Source: an uncultured Verrucomicrobiae bacterium
Lineage (GTDB): Bacteria; Verrucomicrobiota; Verrucomicrobiia; Chthoniobacterales; Chthoniobacteraceae
DNA length: 64,000 nt
Assembly: GCA_963828525.1 (NCBI GenBank)
Contig: CAWHEP010000002.1
Span: 160,001-224,000, forward strand
Direction of reading: 5' to 3'
The first letter of the stretch is position 1. Every line of letters starts with the position of its first letter. The notes under the pieces are model-generated. The model ran no database searches. It was given only the letters and a program-made list of their open reading frames with translations, and was not told the DNA's origin. Positions 30,991 to 40,270 of this stretch are shown piece by piece. The translations under genes and the position numbers were made by a program.

Positions 30991-31098
30991 ATGTTCGGCT
31001 TCTTTTCAACACGTCTTGGGTGCCTCGGCTCAATCGGGGTCTCCATCATCGGCACAATCGTCCTCAGCTTCCTCGCCCGAAGCTGCAGCGGCCACTGA
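30991..31098 (+). CDS. Small 35-aa membrane protein (not in the ORF track)
   Basis: MFGFFSTRLGCLGSIGVSIIGTIVLSFLARSCSGH; one hydrophobic helix; resembles a small-protein pattern MFFFFSNRLGCLGS that I recall from other bacteria. Confidence 0.6.
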   Translation: MFGFFSTRLGCLGSIGVSIIGTIVLSFLARSCSGH

Positions 31099-31372
31099 TT
31101 CTTCATCCCCGGGAGGCAGGGAAGCGTCGCCTAAGTTTCCGTCCGTCTTGACGCAACGGACTCCCGTTACCCAACCATACTTCTTCAAGCTTCAAGCAGC
31201 GCTCCCGTCCCCGCAGCTCCTATGCATAAGGCCTCGCCCGAGTTTCGCGCACCGCCTGCGCCCGGGACGGAAGCCGAGCATCTCCAGCCCGCCTCTCCAC
31301 ATCACGACCACTGAATCGCGCACCACATCACGAGAGAAGACTGTCTTCAGTCCATTGCTTTGCGCCCAGGAC

Positions 31373-31419
31373 AGATACGGGAATAGGGGTCAAGATACGG
31401 AAATAGGGGTCAGGCAACA
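31373..31419. repeat. Tandem 20-bp repeat AGATACGG(G/A)AATAGGGGTCA x2, REP-like RAYT end
   Basis: Copies at 31373-31392 and 31393-31412; AATAGGGGTCAGGCAACA (31402-31419) recurs exactly at 33260-33277. Confidence 0.85.
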
Positions 31420-31471
31420 AAGACCGGCTGGCGAGTTGCATGCATGGGTGTTGATGGACAACCATGGGCAC
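31420..31471 (+). mobile_element. Remnant of a RAYT/Y1 (HUH) transposase
   Basis: KTGWRV then, after a one-base shift, HAWVLMDNHGH, the segment carrying the HUH motif. Confidence 0.6.
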
Positions 31472-31715
31472 CCGGCTTCAGTCGTCCAGACCGCCGCTTC
31501 CGTACTCGCGATACCTTCCTATCCATTTGTAGCCGGTCTTGCGGCTAATCTTTACTCTCGACAGAGATCCAGAACCTCAAAACGCTGGCTCTCGACCAAA
31601 CTCACAAATCTGAACTTTTGTTCCATTGATGACTCTTCTTTCCAAGGCATAACGCCCCGATTTCGTGTCACCCATGTTCCCCGTCAATCTGTTACCTATG
31701 TTCCCGGTTCATACC
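31466..31715 (-). mobile_element. IS481-family left end with truncated transposase pseudogene
   Basis: ATG at 31650 reads MPWKEESSMEQKFRFV...LCRE*KISRKTGYKWIGRY...GLDD*SRVP with two stops; subterminal repeats TGTCACCCATGTTCCCCG and TGTTACCTATGTTCCCGG. Confidence 0.8.
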
Positions 31716-31765
31716 AATACCGCATTAAAAATCGAGGCCGCCCCAATGTCGGTCGCAGCGTTTTC

Positions 31766-33278
31766 CTACCACGAAGTTTTTTCCCACAGCACGCAGGAAA
31801 AATAGCGCGCACCGAACCAGTACGGCTGGGTGAACTCGCGCACGCGCATCCATTTTCCGGGCAGCGGCACGGCTTCCCCGCCATCGGTCACGGCGTATGC
31901 GGCAGGCTGTTTTGCAGGCGGGAGTTCGCGGCGGTTTTGCGCGGCGCCCGCGATGTTGAACAAACGAATCTCCGCGTGCGAATCGCTCCTCTCGCGCAGA
32001 TGCCACGCGACGTGGATGCCTTCCTCAATGTCGAGTTTCCGACTGCTGATCCACGCGACACCCGCGTGGTCCAGCGGCGCAGTCTCGGCGGCGTGAACCA
32101 CCTGCCAGAGCAGGCTCGCGCGCGCAGCGAATTTATTTTGACGGCCGAGATTTGAAACCGCGACCGCCGCGAGTCCGACGCCGAGCGCGACGACGGCGGC
32201 ACGTTTCCAGGGCGCTGTGCCCGCCTCGAACAACATTCCGATGAGGATGCAAATGAGGATGTCCAGCCCCCATACCGCGGGCATCGAGTAGCGCCCACAG
32301 ATGCCGGAGATTTTCAAATAAATCCCGATGCCGAAAACAAAAATCATCGCCGCGCCGAGCAGAGCTTTCCGATTTTCGCGCCACGTTTTCACCAGCAGTT
32401 CGCGCAGGCCGAAATCCTTCAGCAGTGCGATCAGAGCCAGCGCAAAACCCGCGGCCATGAAGTCGATGCTCACCGCGCCCTTCACCGCGCCGAGCATCCC
32501 CGCCAACTGGTGCAATTTGTGACCACCGACCTCGGTACTGCCCGGGACGCCAGTTCGAAATAAAAACGATGTAATGCGCCACCGGCAGGCTCAACGTGGA
32601 GCAGAGGATGAGCGCGCCGCGCCAGTTTTTACGCAGCCCGGAAAGCAGCGCGTGACCGTCCGACGAGACGCGGAAAAATACCTGCGCCGGGATGAGCGCG
32701 GCGAATGTGTTTTTGCAACCAAGTGCGACGAGCATGCAGAACGCGCCAGCCAAATCCCACCGCAATGCCCTCTCACTTCGCGCAGCGCGCAACGCGCACA
32801 CGAACGCGAAGAGCGCGTATGGCATCGCGAATCCCTCGGACAACGTGAGGCTCGTCCAAATTTCGTTCCGGTACGGATTCCACATCGCGAGCGCGGCGGT
32901 GAAAAGCGAGGCGCGCCAGGAAAAATTCAGCTCCAGCGAAAGCAGCAACAGCGTTGCGCACGATAGGCCGGTGAATGCAAAACGCGCCGCTCGCCAGACG
33001 AACGGATTCGCGTGAAACAACTCCGCTTCCACGCGCCAGTGTGCCCAGAGCGTGGGACGGAACGGACCAAGGTCGCGGTAGTTGGCCACCACGGCATCAC
33101 AGTAGTAGCGCACTTTCCCGGACAGTTCTGCGGCATGCGACGGATAGACAAGATTGCCGTCGTCGATGAAGTCGAACGGCGTGCAGAGCGTCGGCAAATA
33201 AATCGCCGAGATGAGGAATGCCCATGCAAAAATTGTGCGGAGGGATTTTTTCGGGTGGGAATAGGGGTCAGGCAACAT
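31766..33278 (-). CDS. Polytopic membrane protein, probable GT-C-fold glycosyltransferase, frameshift near 32530
   Basis: First helix followed by DFIDDG, GPFRP, KNTF and GRYSMPA; many hydrophobic segments split over two ORFs. Confidence 0.6.
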
Positions 33279-33480
33279 TTCTTGACCGATTGATCCACTT
33301 TGAAGGGGGACGGGGAGCTTCGTCTTTCGGTTTGGCTGGCGGCGCAGTTGTTGGCTGGCGTTTTCGGGGCTTTTCATGGCTAGGTGGCTTGCGATCCACC
33401 GCAAATCCGCCTGGGTGTTTTCCCATATAACCCGGGCTATGGCGACCTTTATAGGTTGCTGCCCGGTGTGACTGCCAGCT
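33257..33480 (-). mobile_element. C-terminal remnant of a RAYT-type transposase with terminal repeat
   Basis: KVAIARVIWENT..DLRWIASHLAMKS..NASQQLRR helix-turn-helix tail; shifted frame ends SRNVA-TGA inside TGACCCCTATT. Confidence 0.6.
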
Positions 33481-33690
33481 CCCGGTCGCTTAACCCCGCG
33501 GCTTGCAATCCCTGCGCCAGTGACCGCCCCGCCTCTTGCTGGCCCTGGGCGCGGCTTTCCCCACATGCACGGTTTCCGCGGTGGCCCGCCCTTTTCAAGG
33601 TCGCCTCCCCGAGCCTCCCCTCCTCCCCACCACCCGGATGCGTGCTTGCTTATTCCCGCCCCTTAGCCCACTTTCGCTGGTTTTTACGGG

Positions 33691-35067
33691 ATGGAATTCG
33701 TCAATCTTACGCGAAGAATCGAAATCGGCGCGAATTGCTATTGCCTCTCCGTAGCGGGTAAAAACATCGTTCTGGATTGTGGGATGCATCCCAAGGCGGA
33801 TGGCGAGGACGCGCTGCCTGACATCGGGCTGCTTCCCGATGAATCGGTGGATGCCATCGTTCTCACGCACGCTCACCACGATCACCTCGGCTCCATGCCA
33901 ATACTGATGCGGCATCATCCGCGCCGCCCCGTCCTGATGACAGAGGCCACCCGGCGTCTTTCGGACGTGATGCTTCACAACTCCGTAAACGTGATGTGCA
34001 AGAAGCGGGAAGATGAGGGAATCGGCATTTATCCGCTCTTCACTCATCGCGAAGTCGAGCAAGGCGCGAAGCAGTGGCGGAGTTGTCCCCTGGAGCATCA
34101 TTTTTCCATCGAAGGCGAGAAACTGCGCCCCGGCGAGAAAGAGGATGTGACGCTTGAGTTTTTCGACGCCGGCCACATTCTGGGTTCCGCAGGGGTGATG
34201 ATCCGCGGGGAAGGCCGGTCGGTGTTTTATACGGGAGACGTGAACTTCGAGGATCAGACAATTTCCCAGGCGGCGCGGTTCCCTGAGGAGAAGCTGGATG
34301 TTCTCATCGTGGAAACCACGCGCGGCGACCGGGCAGCTCCTGAAGGGTTCACGCGAAAGGGCGAAGAACTGCGGTTCGCCAAAGCGTTGCAGGCTGGCAT
34401 AAAACGCGGCGCCGCGATCCTGGTGCCATTGTTTGCCCTTGGCAAAACGCAGGAGGTGCTGGCGATGATCCATGCCTTCCGCCGCGGCGGTTTGCTTCCC
34501 ATCGTTCCGGTCTATATCGGAGGTCTAAGCACGAAGCTTACCGAGATATACGACCGCCTCGCGCCGTTCGTGCCGCGCCAGCAGCCAGGGCTTCAGATCC
34601 TCGACGCCGTTGCCCCCTTCGTCATGGCGGGCAGGAGCGCCGGGGACACTCCTCTCGGCAAAGGAAAGATCTACGGACTCTCAAGCGGAATGATGACCGA
34701 GAAAACGCTCTCTAATGGCTTCGCGCGGCGGCTGCTCAGCGTCCCAGAGCAGGCGCTCTTCTTTGTGGGTTACGCGGATCCGGCGTCTCCCGCTGGAAAA
34801 ATCAAAGCGGCAAAACAGGGGGACCTCGTCACGGTTGATCCCGCGTTCCCGCCGCAGAAGCTGCACTGCCAGATCGAGGAGTTTAACTTCAGCGCGCACG
34901 CTTCACGGGAAAGCATCCGCGGCTACATTCGGAAAGTTTCGCCAAGGAAGATCATCCTGGTGCATGGAGACGCCCCTGCGATCACCTGGTTCCGGGAAAC
35001 TCTCGCTGTCGATCTGCCCGAAAGCGAAATCCTCTGCCCGGAGCCCGGGGTAAAAATCGAGATTTAA
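33691..35067 (+). CDS. MBL-fold beta-CASP ribonuclease
   Basis: DCG, THAHHDH, AGHILGSA, YTGD, FSAHA and LVHG motifs. Confidence 0.9.
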   Translation: MEFVNLTRRIEIGANCYCLSVAGKNIVLDCGMHPKADGEDALPDIGLLPDESVDAIVLTHAHHDHLGSMPILMRHHPRRPVLMTEATRRLSDVMLHNSVNVMCKKREDEGIGIYPLFTHREVEQGAKQWRSCPLEHHFSIEGEKLRPGEKEDVTLEFFDAGHILGSAGVMIRGEGRSVFYTGDVNFEDQTISQAARFPEEKLDVLIVETTRGDRAAPEGFTRKGEELRFAKALQAGIKRGAAILVPLFALGKTQEVLAMIHAFRRGGLLPIVPVYIGGLSTKLTEIYDRLAPFVPRQQPGLQILDAVAPFVMAGRSAGDTPLGKGKIYGLSSGMMTEKTLSNGFARRLLSVPEQALFFVGYADPASPAGKIKAAKQGDLVTVDPAFPPQKLHCQIEEFNFSAHASRESIRGYIRKVSPRKIILVHGDAPAITWFRETLAVDLPESEILCPEPGVKIEI

Positions 35068-35115
35068 AGACGCGGGCCTCTCGAGCGGGGCGCGGCGCGG
35101 CGGAGAAGGTCGGGC

Positions 35116-36846
35116 CTAACCTGGAATTTCCTTCAACATCTGCGCGTTGGTCGGGAACTTCTTCACGAAGCTGAGGAGACGCTCGATGGCTTCAACCGGC
35201 TTGTGACCCGCCAGTCCCCGTCGGATGACATTGATCTTCTCGAGCTCGTGCTGAGGCAGAAGCAACTCCTCCCGGCGGGTGCCGGAAAGGAAGATGTCTA
35301 TCGCGGGGTAGATCCGCTGGTCGCTTATCTTGCGGTCTAGAACGAGTTCCATATTCCCGGTGCCCTTGAACTCCTGGAAGATCAGATCGTCCATGCGGCT
35401 GCCCGTCTCAATCAACGCGGTGGCCATGATCGTAAGTGAACCGGCCTCCTCCGTATTCCGAGCCGCGGCGAACAGCTTCCGGGGAATCTCCATCGCGCGA
35501 GCGTCCATGCCGCCGCTAAGGGTGCGACCGCTGCCCGTCATCGCATTGTTAAACGCGCGTCCGACTCGCGTCAGGGAGTCGAGCAGGATGAAGACGTCTT
35601 TGCTGGCCTCCACGAGCCGCTTGGCGCGCTCAATCGCGAGCTGCGCGATGCGCGTATGGCTCTTCAGGTCGCTGTCATTCGAACTCGCCATGATCTCGGC
35701 CTGCGGCACCGTGCGGCGGATCTCAGTGACTTCCTCAGGACGTTCATCCACCAGCAGGATGATCAGCTTCATCTCCGGGTGGTTCTTTACAACAGCATCC
35801 GCGATATGCTGGAGCAAGGTGGTCTTGCCCGTGCGCGGAGGAGCCACGATGAGGCCGCGCTGCCCTTTCCCCACGGGCGTCATCATATCGATGATGCGGG
35901 TCGTAAAACGCTCGGGGACCGTTTCCAGCCGTATGCGACGGTTCGGGTTTATGGTGGTCAATTCCTCGAAATTGGGCAGGTTCCTGCACTGTTCGGGATC
36001 GCCCCCATCGACCTCGGTTATGCGGTGAAGTTGAGGCCCCCGCCCGCCACGGCGAATCTCTCCGCGCAGCCACATGCCATCGCGCAGAAAGAAACGGCGC
36101 ACGGCCTCCGGCGTCACAAAAATATCCAGCGGGCTTTGGTTGAAGCTCCGCTTGGCGTCCCGCAGAAAGCCAAAGCCTTTACCGGAAACCTCTACGATGC
36201 CCTCACCGTACTGAATCTCCACGGGTTCGTTGCGCTCGGGGCGTGGGGCTTCGTTGCGGTCAAACCGGGGAGGGTACTCGGGTCGTCGATCCTGACGGTC
36301 ATGCCGATCATGACGCTCCGGACGTGGCTGGTACGGCGGACGTTCCGAATAGGGCCGCTGCTCGCCGCTCGGGCGTTGCGCCCCGCTCGAATGCTGCTCA
36401 CCAGCAGGACGCTGCTCGCCAGCGTAGCGGGCCGCTTCAGGTATTTGGCTCGCCGCATTCGCCCCATCCGCTGAAGCCCCGCCGTCCACCGAAGCCTCTG
36501 CGGCCGCGGGTTCCCTGACCGGTTCAGGCGCCACGGGTTCAACCACGGCCACAGGCACGGGCGCCGCCGTCGCGGAATGTATCTCTATCGGAGGCGCAGA
36601 TTCCGCGTGAGGCGTCACTGGATGGTCGGCATGCATTACGTTCGGCGGCGCGGCAGGCGCTTCTGCGGCCGGGGCTTGTGCCGCCTGCTGTTGCCCATCC
36701 TTCGCGGCGGCGCCTGCCGCTTCGCTTAGCTCTGGCTGCGTCGCTGCTGCGACGCGCTTTTTTGCCGGGGCGCGCTTTCTGACGGGCTTTTTGGGCGCGC
36801 TGATCTGCTCTCCCGCCACCGGGGTCTCTTCGCTTGACTCGCTCAT
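35116..36846 (-). CDS. rho: Transcription termination factor Rho with long low-complexity N-terminus
   Basis: GFGFLR, GKGQRGLIVAPPRTGKT, DERPEEVT and FKGTGNMEL motifs. Confidence 0.96.
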   Translation of the reverse strand: MSESSEETPVAGEQISAPKKPVRKRAPAKKRVAAATQPELSEAAGAAAKDGQQQAAQAPAAEAPAAPPNVMHADHPVTPHAESAPPIEIHSATAAPVPVAVVEPVAPEPVREPAAAEASVDGGASADGANAASQIPEAARYAGEQRPAGEQHSSGAQRPSGEQRPYSERPPYQPRPERHDRHDRQDRRPEYPPRFDRNEAPRPERNEPVEIQYGEGIVEVSGKGFGFLRDAKRSFNQSPLDIFVTPEAVRRFFLRDGMWLRGEIRRGGRGPQLHRITEVDGGDPEQCRNLPNFEELTTINPNRRIRLETVPERFTTRIIDMMTPVGKGQRGLIVAPPRTGKTTLLQHIADAVVKNHPEMKLIILLVDERPEEVTEIRRTVPQAEIMASSNDSDLKSHTRIAQLAIERAKRLVEASKDVFILLDSLTRVGRAFNNAMTGSGRTLSGGMDARAMEIPRKLFAAARNTEEAGSLTIMATALIETGSRMDDLIFQEFKGTGNMELVLDRKISDQRIYPAIDIFLSGTRREELLLPQHELEKINVIRRGLAGHKPVEAIERLLSFVKKFPTNAQMLKEIPG

Positions 36847-36945
36847 AATGAATGTAGTTCCTACCGCAACTGGGTTGACCTGAAACAAAGCGCTTTCGCC
36901 GCAATCGCGTTACCTGGCCGGTGAAGCCTCGCTCCTCGTCCGGCC

Positions 36946-37115
36946 GGAAATCTCCTCCCCTTCAAGTTTGACTATGCGCATTCAGGTCGAATGTGGCTGC
37001 TCGCCAGCCCATAAAGCCTCCCCTGGGGAGCGAACAGTATTCCGGCCAAATTACTTGGAGCTTGCGGCCACACGCCTCATGCGGATGGAATTTCGAGAAG
37101 GGCTGTGATCAACCC
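36946..37115 (-). ncRNA. ssrS: Probable 6S RNA
   Basis: About 170 nt folding by eye into a rod with a central bubble: CCCTTC/GAAGGG, CGCAT/ATGCG, TGTGGCCGC/GCAGCCACA, bubble AAGCTCCAAGTAAT, apical CTCCCC/GGGGAG. Confidence 0.6.
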
Positions 37116-37121
37116 GCGTCT

Positions 37122-37150
37122 ACTAGAACCAAAATTAGCTGAATTGTCAA
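37122..37150 (-). promoter_or_regulatory. Putative sigma-70 promoter for the RNA/rho transcript
   Basis: TTGACA-17 bp-TCTAGT; the -35 box overlaps the typA stop codon. Confidence 0.5.
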
Positions 37151-38958
37151 CCTGTCTTGCTGGACGCTCGCTTCCGGGCGCCCGCCGAGAGGTGTTTTTT
37201 TCTTAGTCTCAGACTCTTCGGCGTGGCTTCGACGTATTCGTCCGGCCCGATATATTCCAACGCGCGCTCCAAACTCATACGCAACGGCGCTTCAAGCTGG
37301 ATGCCTTTGCCATCGCCCTGGCTGCGCATATTCGTGAGGTGCTTGGCTTTGCACGGGTTCACACCCATGTCCTCCGGTCGCGCGTTCTCACCCACGATCA
37401 TCCCCTCGTAGATTTCCTCCTGCGGGCCTACGAACAGGCGTCCGCGTTCCTGGATATTGTTCAGCGCGTAGGCCGTGGCAATGCCCGCTTCCATCGCGAC
37501 CAGCACGCCATTGTTCCTGCTCGAGATCTCTCCCTTGAACGGGCCATACTCCTTGAACAGGTGGCTCATGATGCCATGCCCCTTCGTGAGGTTCACGAGA
37601 TCCGTCTCAAATCCGATCAAACCCCGGGTCGGCGCCGTCGCTTCAACCAGGACGCTATGACTTTGGTGATCCATATTGACGATCTCAGCCTTGCGTCCCG
37701 CAAGGGACTGGAGGATGTCGCCCAGGTTCTCTGCGGGTACATCCACATAGACCGTCTCGAAGGGCTCAAGCAGGCCGCCGTGATCATCGCGCTTGAAGAT
37801 GACCTCCGGGCGGGAGACAAGCAATTCATACCCTTCCCGGCGCATCTGTTCCACGAGGATCGCGATCTGCATCTCGCCGCGCGCGCTGATTTCGAACACA
37901 CCCGCCGTGTCCGTATCTTTGACGGTGATCGAAACGTTTGTGCGCGTCTCACGCACCAGACGCTCCTTGAGATGGCGCGCCGTGAGGAATTTCCCCTCGC
38001 GTCCAGCCAGCGGAGAGTCGTTCACCACGATCCTCATCTGGATGGTGGGCGGATCGATGTCCACGAAATCCAGCGCCACCCGCTCTTCGGAGTCCGTCAG
38101 CGTCTCGCCGATGAAAACATCCTCAAATCCGCACAGACCGATGATGTCCCCGGCGGAGGCGTGTTTGACTTCGATTTTTGCCAAACCCTCGTGGCTGAAA
38201 AGCGCGGTGACGTTCCCCCGCTCGCGATTTCCTTCGTTATGGATGCAAACAATCGAGTCTCCTAAAGCCACCCGTCCGCTCACAATGCGTCCATAGGCGA
38301 TGCGCCCCAGATAATCGCTGTAATCAAGGTTCGAAACGATCATCTGGAAAAAAGCTTCGTTCGAAATCGCTGGCGGCGGGATTTCTTTCACGATCGCCTC
38401 GAACAGCGGCTGCATGGTCTCGCTTTGGTCGCGGATGTCCCGCATCGCGTACCCCTGCTTCGCGCTGGCGTAGATCACCGGAAAATCGAGCTGCTGGTCG
38501 TTCGCCTTCAACTCGATGAAGAGGTCGAAAACCATGTCCAGCACTTTGTGCGGCCGGGCGTTTTCACGGTCGATCTTGTTGATGACCACGATCGGCTGTG
38601 AACCATTTTGAAGCGCCTTCCTCAGAACAAACTTTGTCTGGGCCTGCGGGCCATCGTGCGCGTCCACGACAAGGAGAACGCCATCCACCATCTTCATGAT
38701 CCGCTCCACCTCTCCGCCGAAGTCCGCGTGGCCGGGAGTGTCCACTATATTAATGTGGTAGCCGTTCCACTGGAAGGCGGCGTTCTTCGCCCTGATGGTG
38801 ATCCCCTTCTCCCGCTCCAAATCCATCGAATCCATGACCCGCTCTTCCACCTTCTGATTCGTCCGAAACGTGCCCGATTGCCGCAGCAACTGATCCACGA
38901 GCGTCGTCTTGCCGTGATCGACGTGCGCTATGATTGCTATATTTCTGATTCTATCCAT
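37147..38958 (-). CDS. typA: Translational GTPase TypA/BipA
   Basis: [33 protein letters not shown] and [11 protein letters not shown] motifs. Confidence 0.97.
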   Translation of the reverse strand: MDRIRNIAIIAHVDHGKTTLVDQLLRQSGTFRTNQKVEERVMDSMDLEREKGITIRAKNAAFQWNGYHINIVDTPGHADFGGEVERIMKMVDGVLLVVDAHDGPQAQTKFVLRKALQNGSQPIVVINKIDRENARPHKVLDMVFDLFIELKANDQQLDFPVIYASAKQGYAMRDIRDQSETMQPLFEAIVKEIPPPAISNEAFFQMIVSNLDYSDYLGRIAYGRIVSGRVALGDSIVCIHNEGNRERGNVTALFSHEGLAKIEVKHASAGDIIGLCGFEDVFIGETLTDSEERVALDFVDIDPPTIQMRIVVNDSPLAGREGKFLTARHLKERLVRETRTNVSITVKDTDTAGVFEISARGEMQIAILVEQMRREGYELLVSRPEVIFKRDDHGGLLEPFETVYVDVPAENLGDILQSLAGRKAEIVNMDHQSHSVLVEATAPTRGLIGFETDLVNLTKGHGIMSHLFKEYGPFKGEISSRNNGVLVAMEAGIATAYALNNIQERGRLFVGPQEEIYEGMIVGENARPEDMGVNPCKAKHLTNMRSQGDGKGIQLEAPLRMSLERALEYIGPDEYVEATPKSLRLRKKHLSAGARKRASSKTG

Positions 38959-39110
38959 AGGAAGTGCGGGGCCGGGACTATCAACGGGCGGGGTCATTTA
39001 GTCAACGATGGGAATTAACGGAAAAAAAGCGGGTTTCCGAGGCCTTCAGAACCCAGTCGCTTGCGGGGATTTCCCAACGATTAGCACCGTCCGGGAGTGG
39101 CCCTTGCGGG

Positions 39111-39353
39111 CTATTCAGGCGCCGACATCTCGAAAACAGTGGGCGCTTCATTCGGCCCGTGGCCGGCCCGTGGTTCAAGGCTTAGCGACTTGTAGGCGCG
39201 ATCCAGCGCGACCGGGTCGCCCCGCAGTTCGGGGAAGACATCGACGAGCCGCTGCAAAATGTACTGTTTCGCCATCCCGCGCTCGACCGGATGCAGGAAA
39301 CGATCGCTGCGAAACGCCCGGCGGAAAACTTCGATCAACCCGTTCTTCACCAC
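39111..39353 (-). CDS. Hypothetical protein
   Basis: 80-aa ORF with protein-like composition (FLHPVERGMAKQYILQRLVDVFPELR) filling the gap, co-directional with typA. Confidence 0.55.
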   Translation of the reverse strand: MVKNGLIEVFRRAFRSDRFLHPVERGMAKQYILQRLVDVFPELRGDPVALDRAYKSLSLEPRAGHGPNEAPTVFEMSAPE

Positions 39354-39440
39354 ACTCTTTCGCCCGGTTCGCGATAATTTTCAAATACCTGTTTTCTTTT
39401 TGACCCTCCCGCCCGCCCGGTGCGATATTACCGCAACACC

Positions 39441-39680
39441 ATGGCTACCTATCTCTATGAGACGATTCCCGGCGCGCAGAACCAGCCGCCGCGCCGTTTT
39501 GAGTTCAAGCAGAGCATGAAAGACGCCCCGTTCGCCAGCCACCCCGAGACGGGCGAGCCCATCCGCCGGGTTATTGTCGGCGGCTTTGGCCTCATGAGTT
39601 CTGGCGCGAGCGCCACGCCGAGCAGGGCCCCCTCCTCAGGCGGTTCATGTGGATGCGGCGCCGGCGGCTGTTGTTCCTGA
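39441..39680 (+). CDS. FmdB-like zinc-ribbon protein
   Basis: MATYLYE...FEFKQSMKD.P...HPETG.PIRRVI and a Cys-rich tail. Confidence 0.8.
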   Translation: MATYLYETIPGAQNQPPRRFEFKQSMKDAPFASHPETGEPIRRVIVGGFGLMSSGASATPSRAPSSGGSCGCGAGGCCS

Positions 39681-39710
39681 CCCTTCGCCCGCCACGAGAT
39701 CTGGCGAGCG

Positions 39711-40124
39711 TTATCTCGTCGCCGAGTTCAGGATGATCACGATCATGGCGACAGCGAGCAACGCCACCAACACTGTTACCAGAATGATCAATCCCCGATC
39801 AGCCGTCACCTGGCCGCGTTCGATCTGACGATTCACCACATGGTAACGCCACGCGGCGAGAACGGCAAGCAAGCCGCCGATCCCCACCATGGCGAAGGCA
39901 ACCATGAACGAACCGCCGATTTTTGATCCGGAATGCTCCGCGCCGGCGCTCCCTTGGTGCAGGGAGTAGTCGATCCACAGGCGAAACCTGGATATCACAA
40001 ATCCGAGCGAAATGATCGATACGCTCGTGCGGATCCAGGCGAGAAAAGTTCGCTCGTTCGCCAGAAACTCCGTTGCCTGCTTTTCTTCGGGAACGGGCTT
40101 CGCGGGCGCGGGCATGTTTCGCAT
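39711..40124 (-). CDS. DUF202/YidH membrane protein
   Basis: LANERTFLAWIRT..S...GF motif; three hydrophobic segments. Confidence 0.9.
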   Translation of the reverse strand: MRNMPAPAKPVPEEKQATEFLANERTFLAWIRTSVSIISLGFVISRFRLWIDYSLHQGSAGAEHSGSKIGGSFMVAFAMVGIGGLLAVLAAWRYHVVNRQIERGQVTADRGLIILVTVLVALLAVAMIVIILNSATR

Positions 40125-40270
40125 GTTAACACATCGTTCACCAATGCCTAGCGTTGAGGATGGCATCTCCGGCAAACGCGTGGCGCCGTCGAGGGGAGCT
40201 TGTGAAATATTTCACAATTCACCTTGCGCCACTCTTGGGCGGGCCTTTAAATTTGTCGCTTCATTCGCCG

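Noticed and set aside
31373..31419. CRISPR array
   Set aside because: Only two adjacent 20-bp copies with no spacers, and no cas genes in the window.
31016..32155. 379-aa plus-strand ORF
   Set aside because: It runs across the small gene, the repeats, the IS481 remnant and the antisense GT-C gene; it is a chance open frame.
32133..33566. 477-aa ORF as a single protein
   Set aside because: It is a chimera of a transposase tail, the GT-C N-terminal half and an out-of-frame end.
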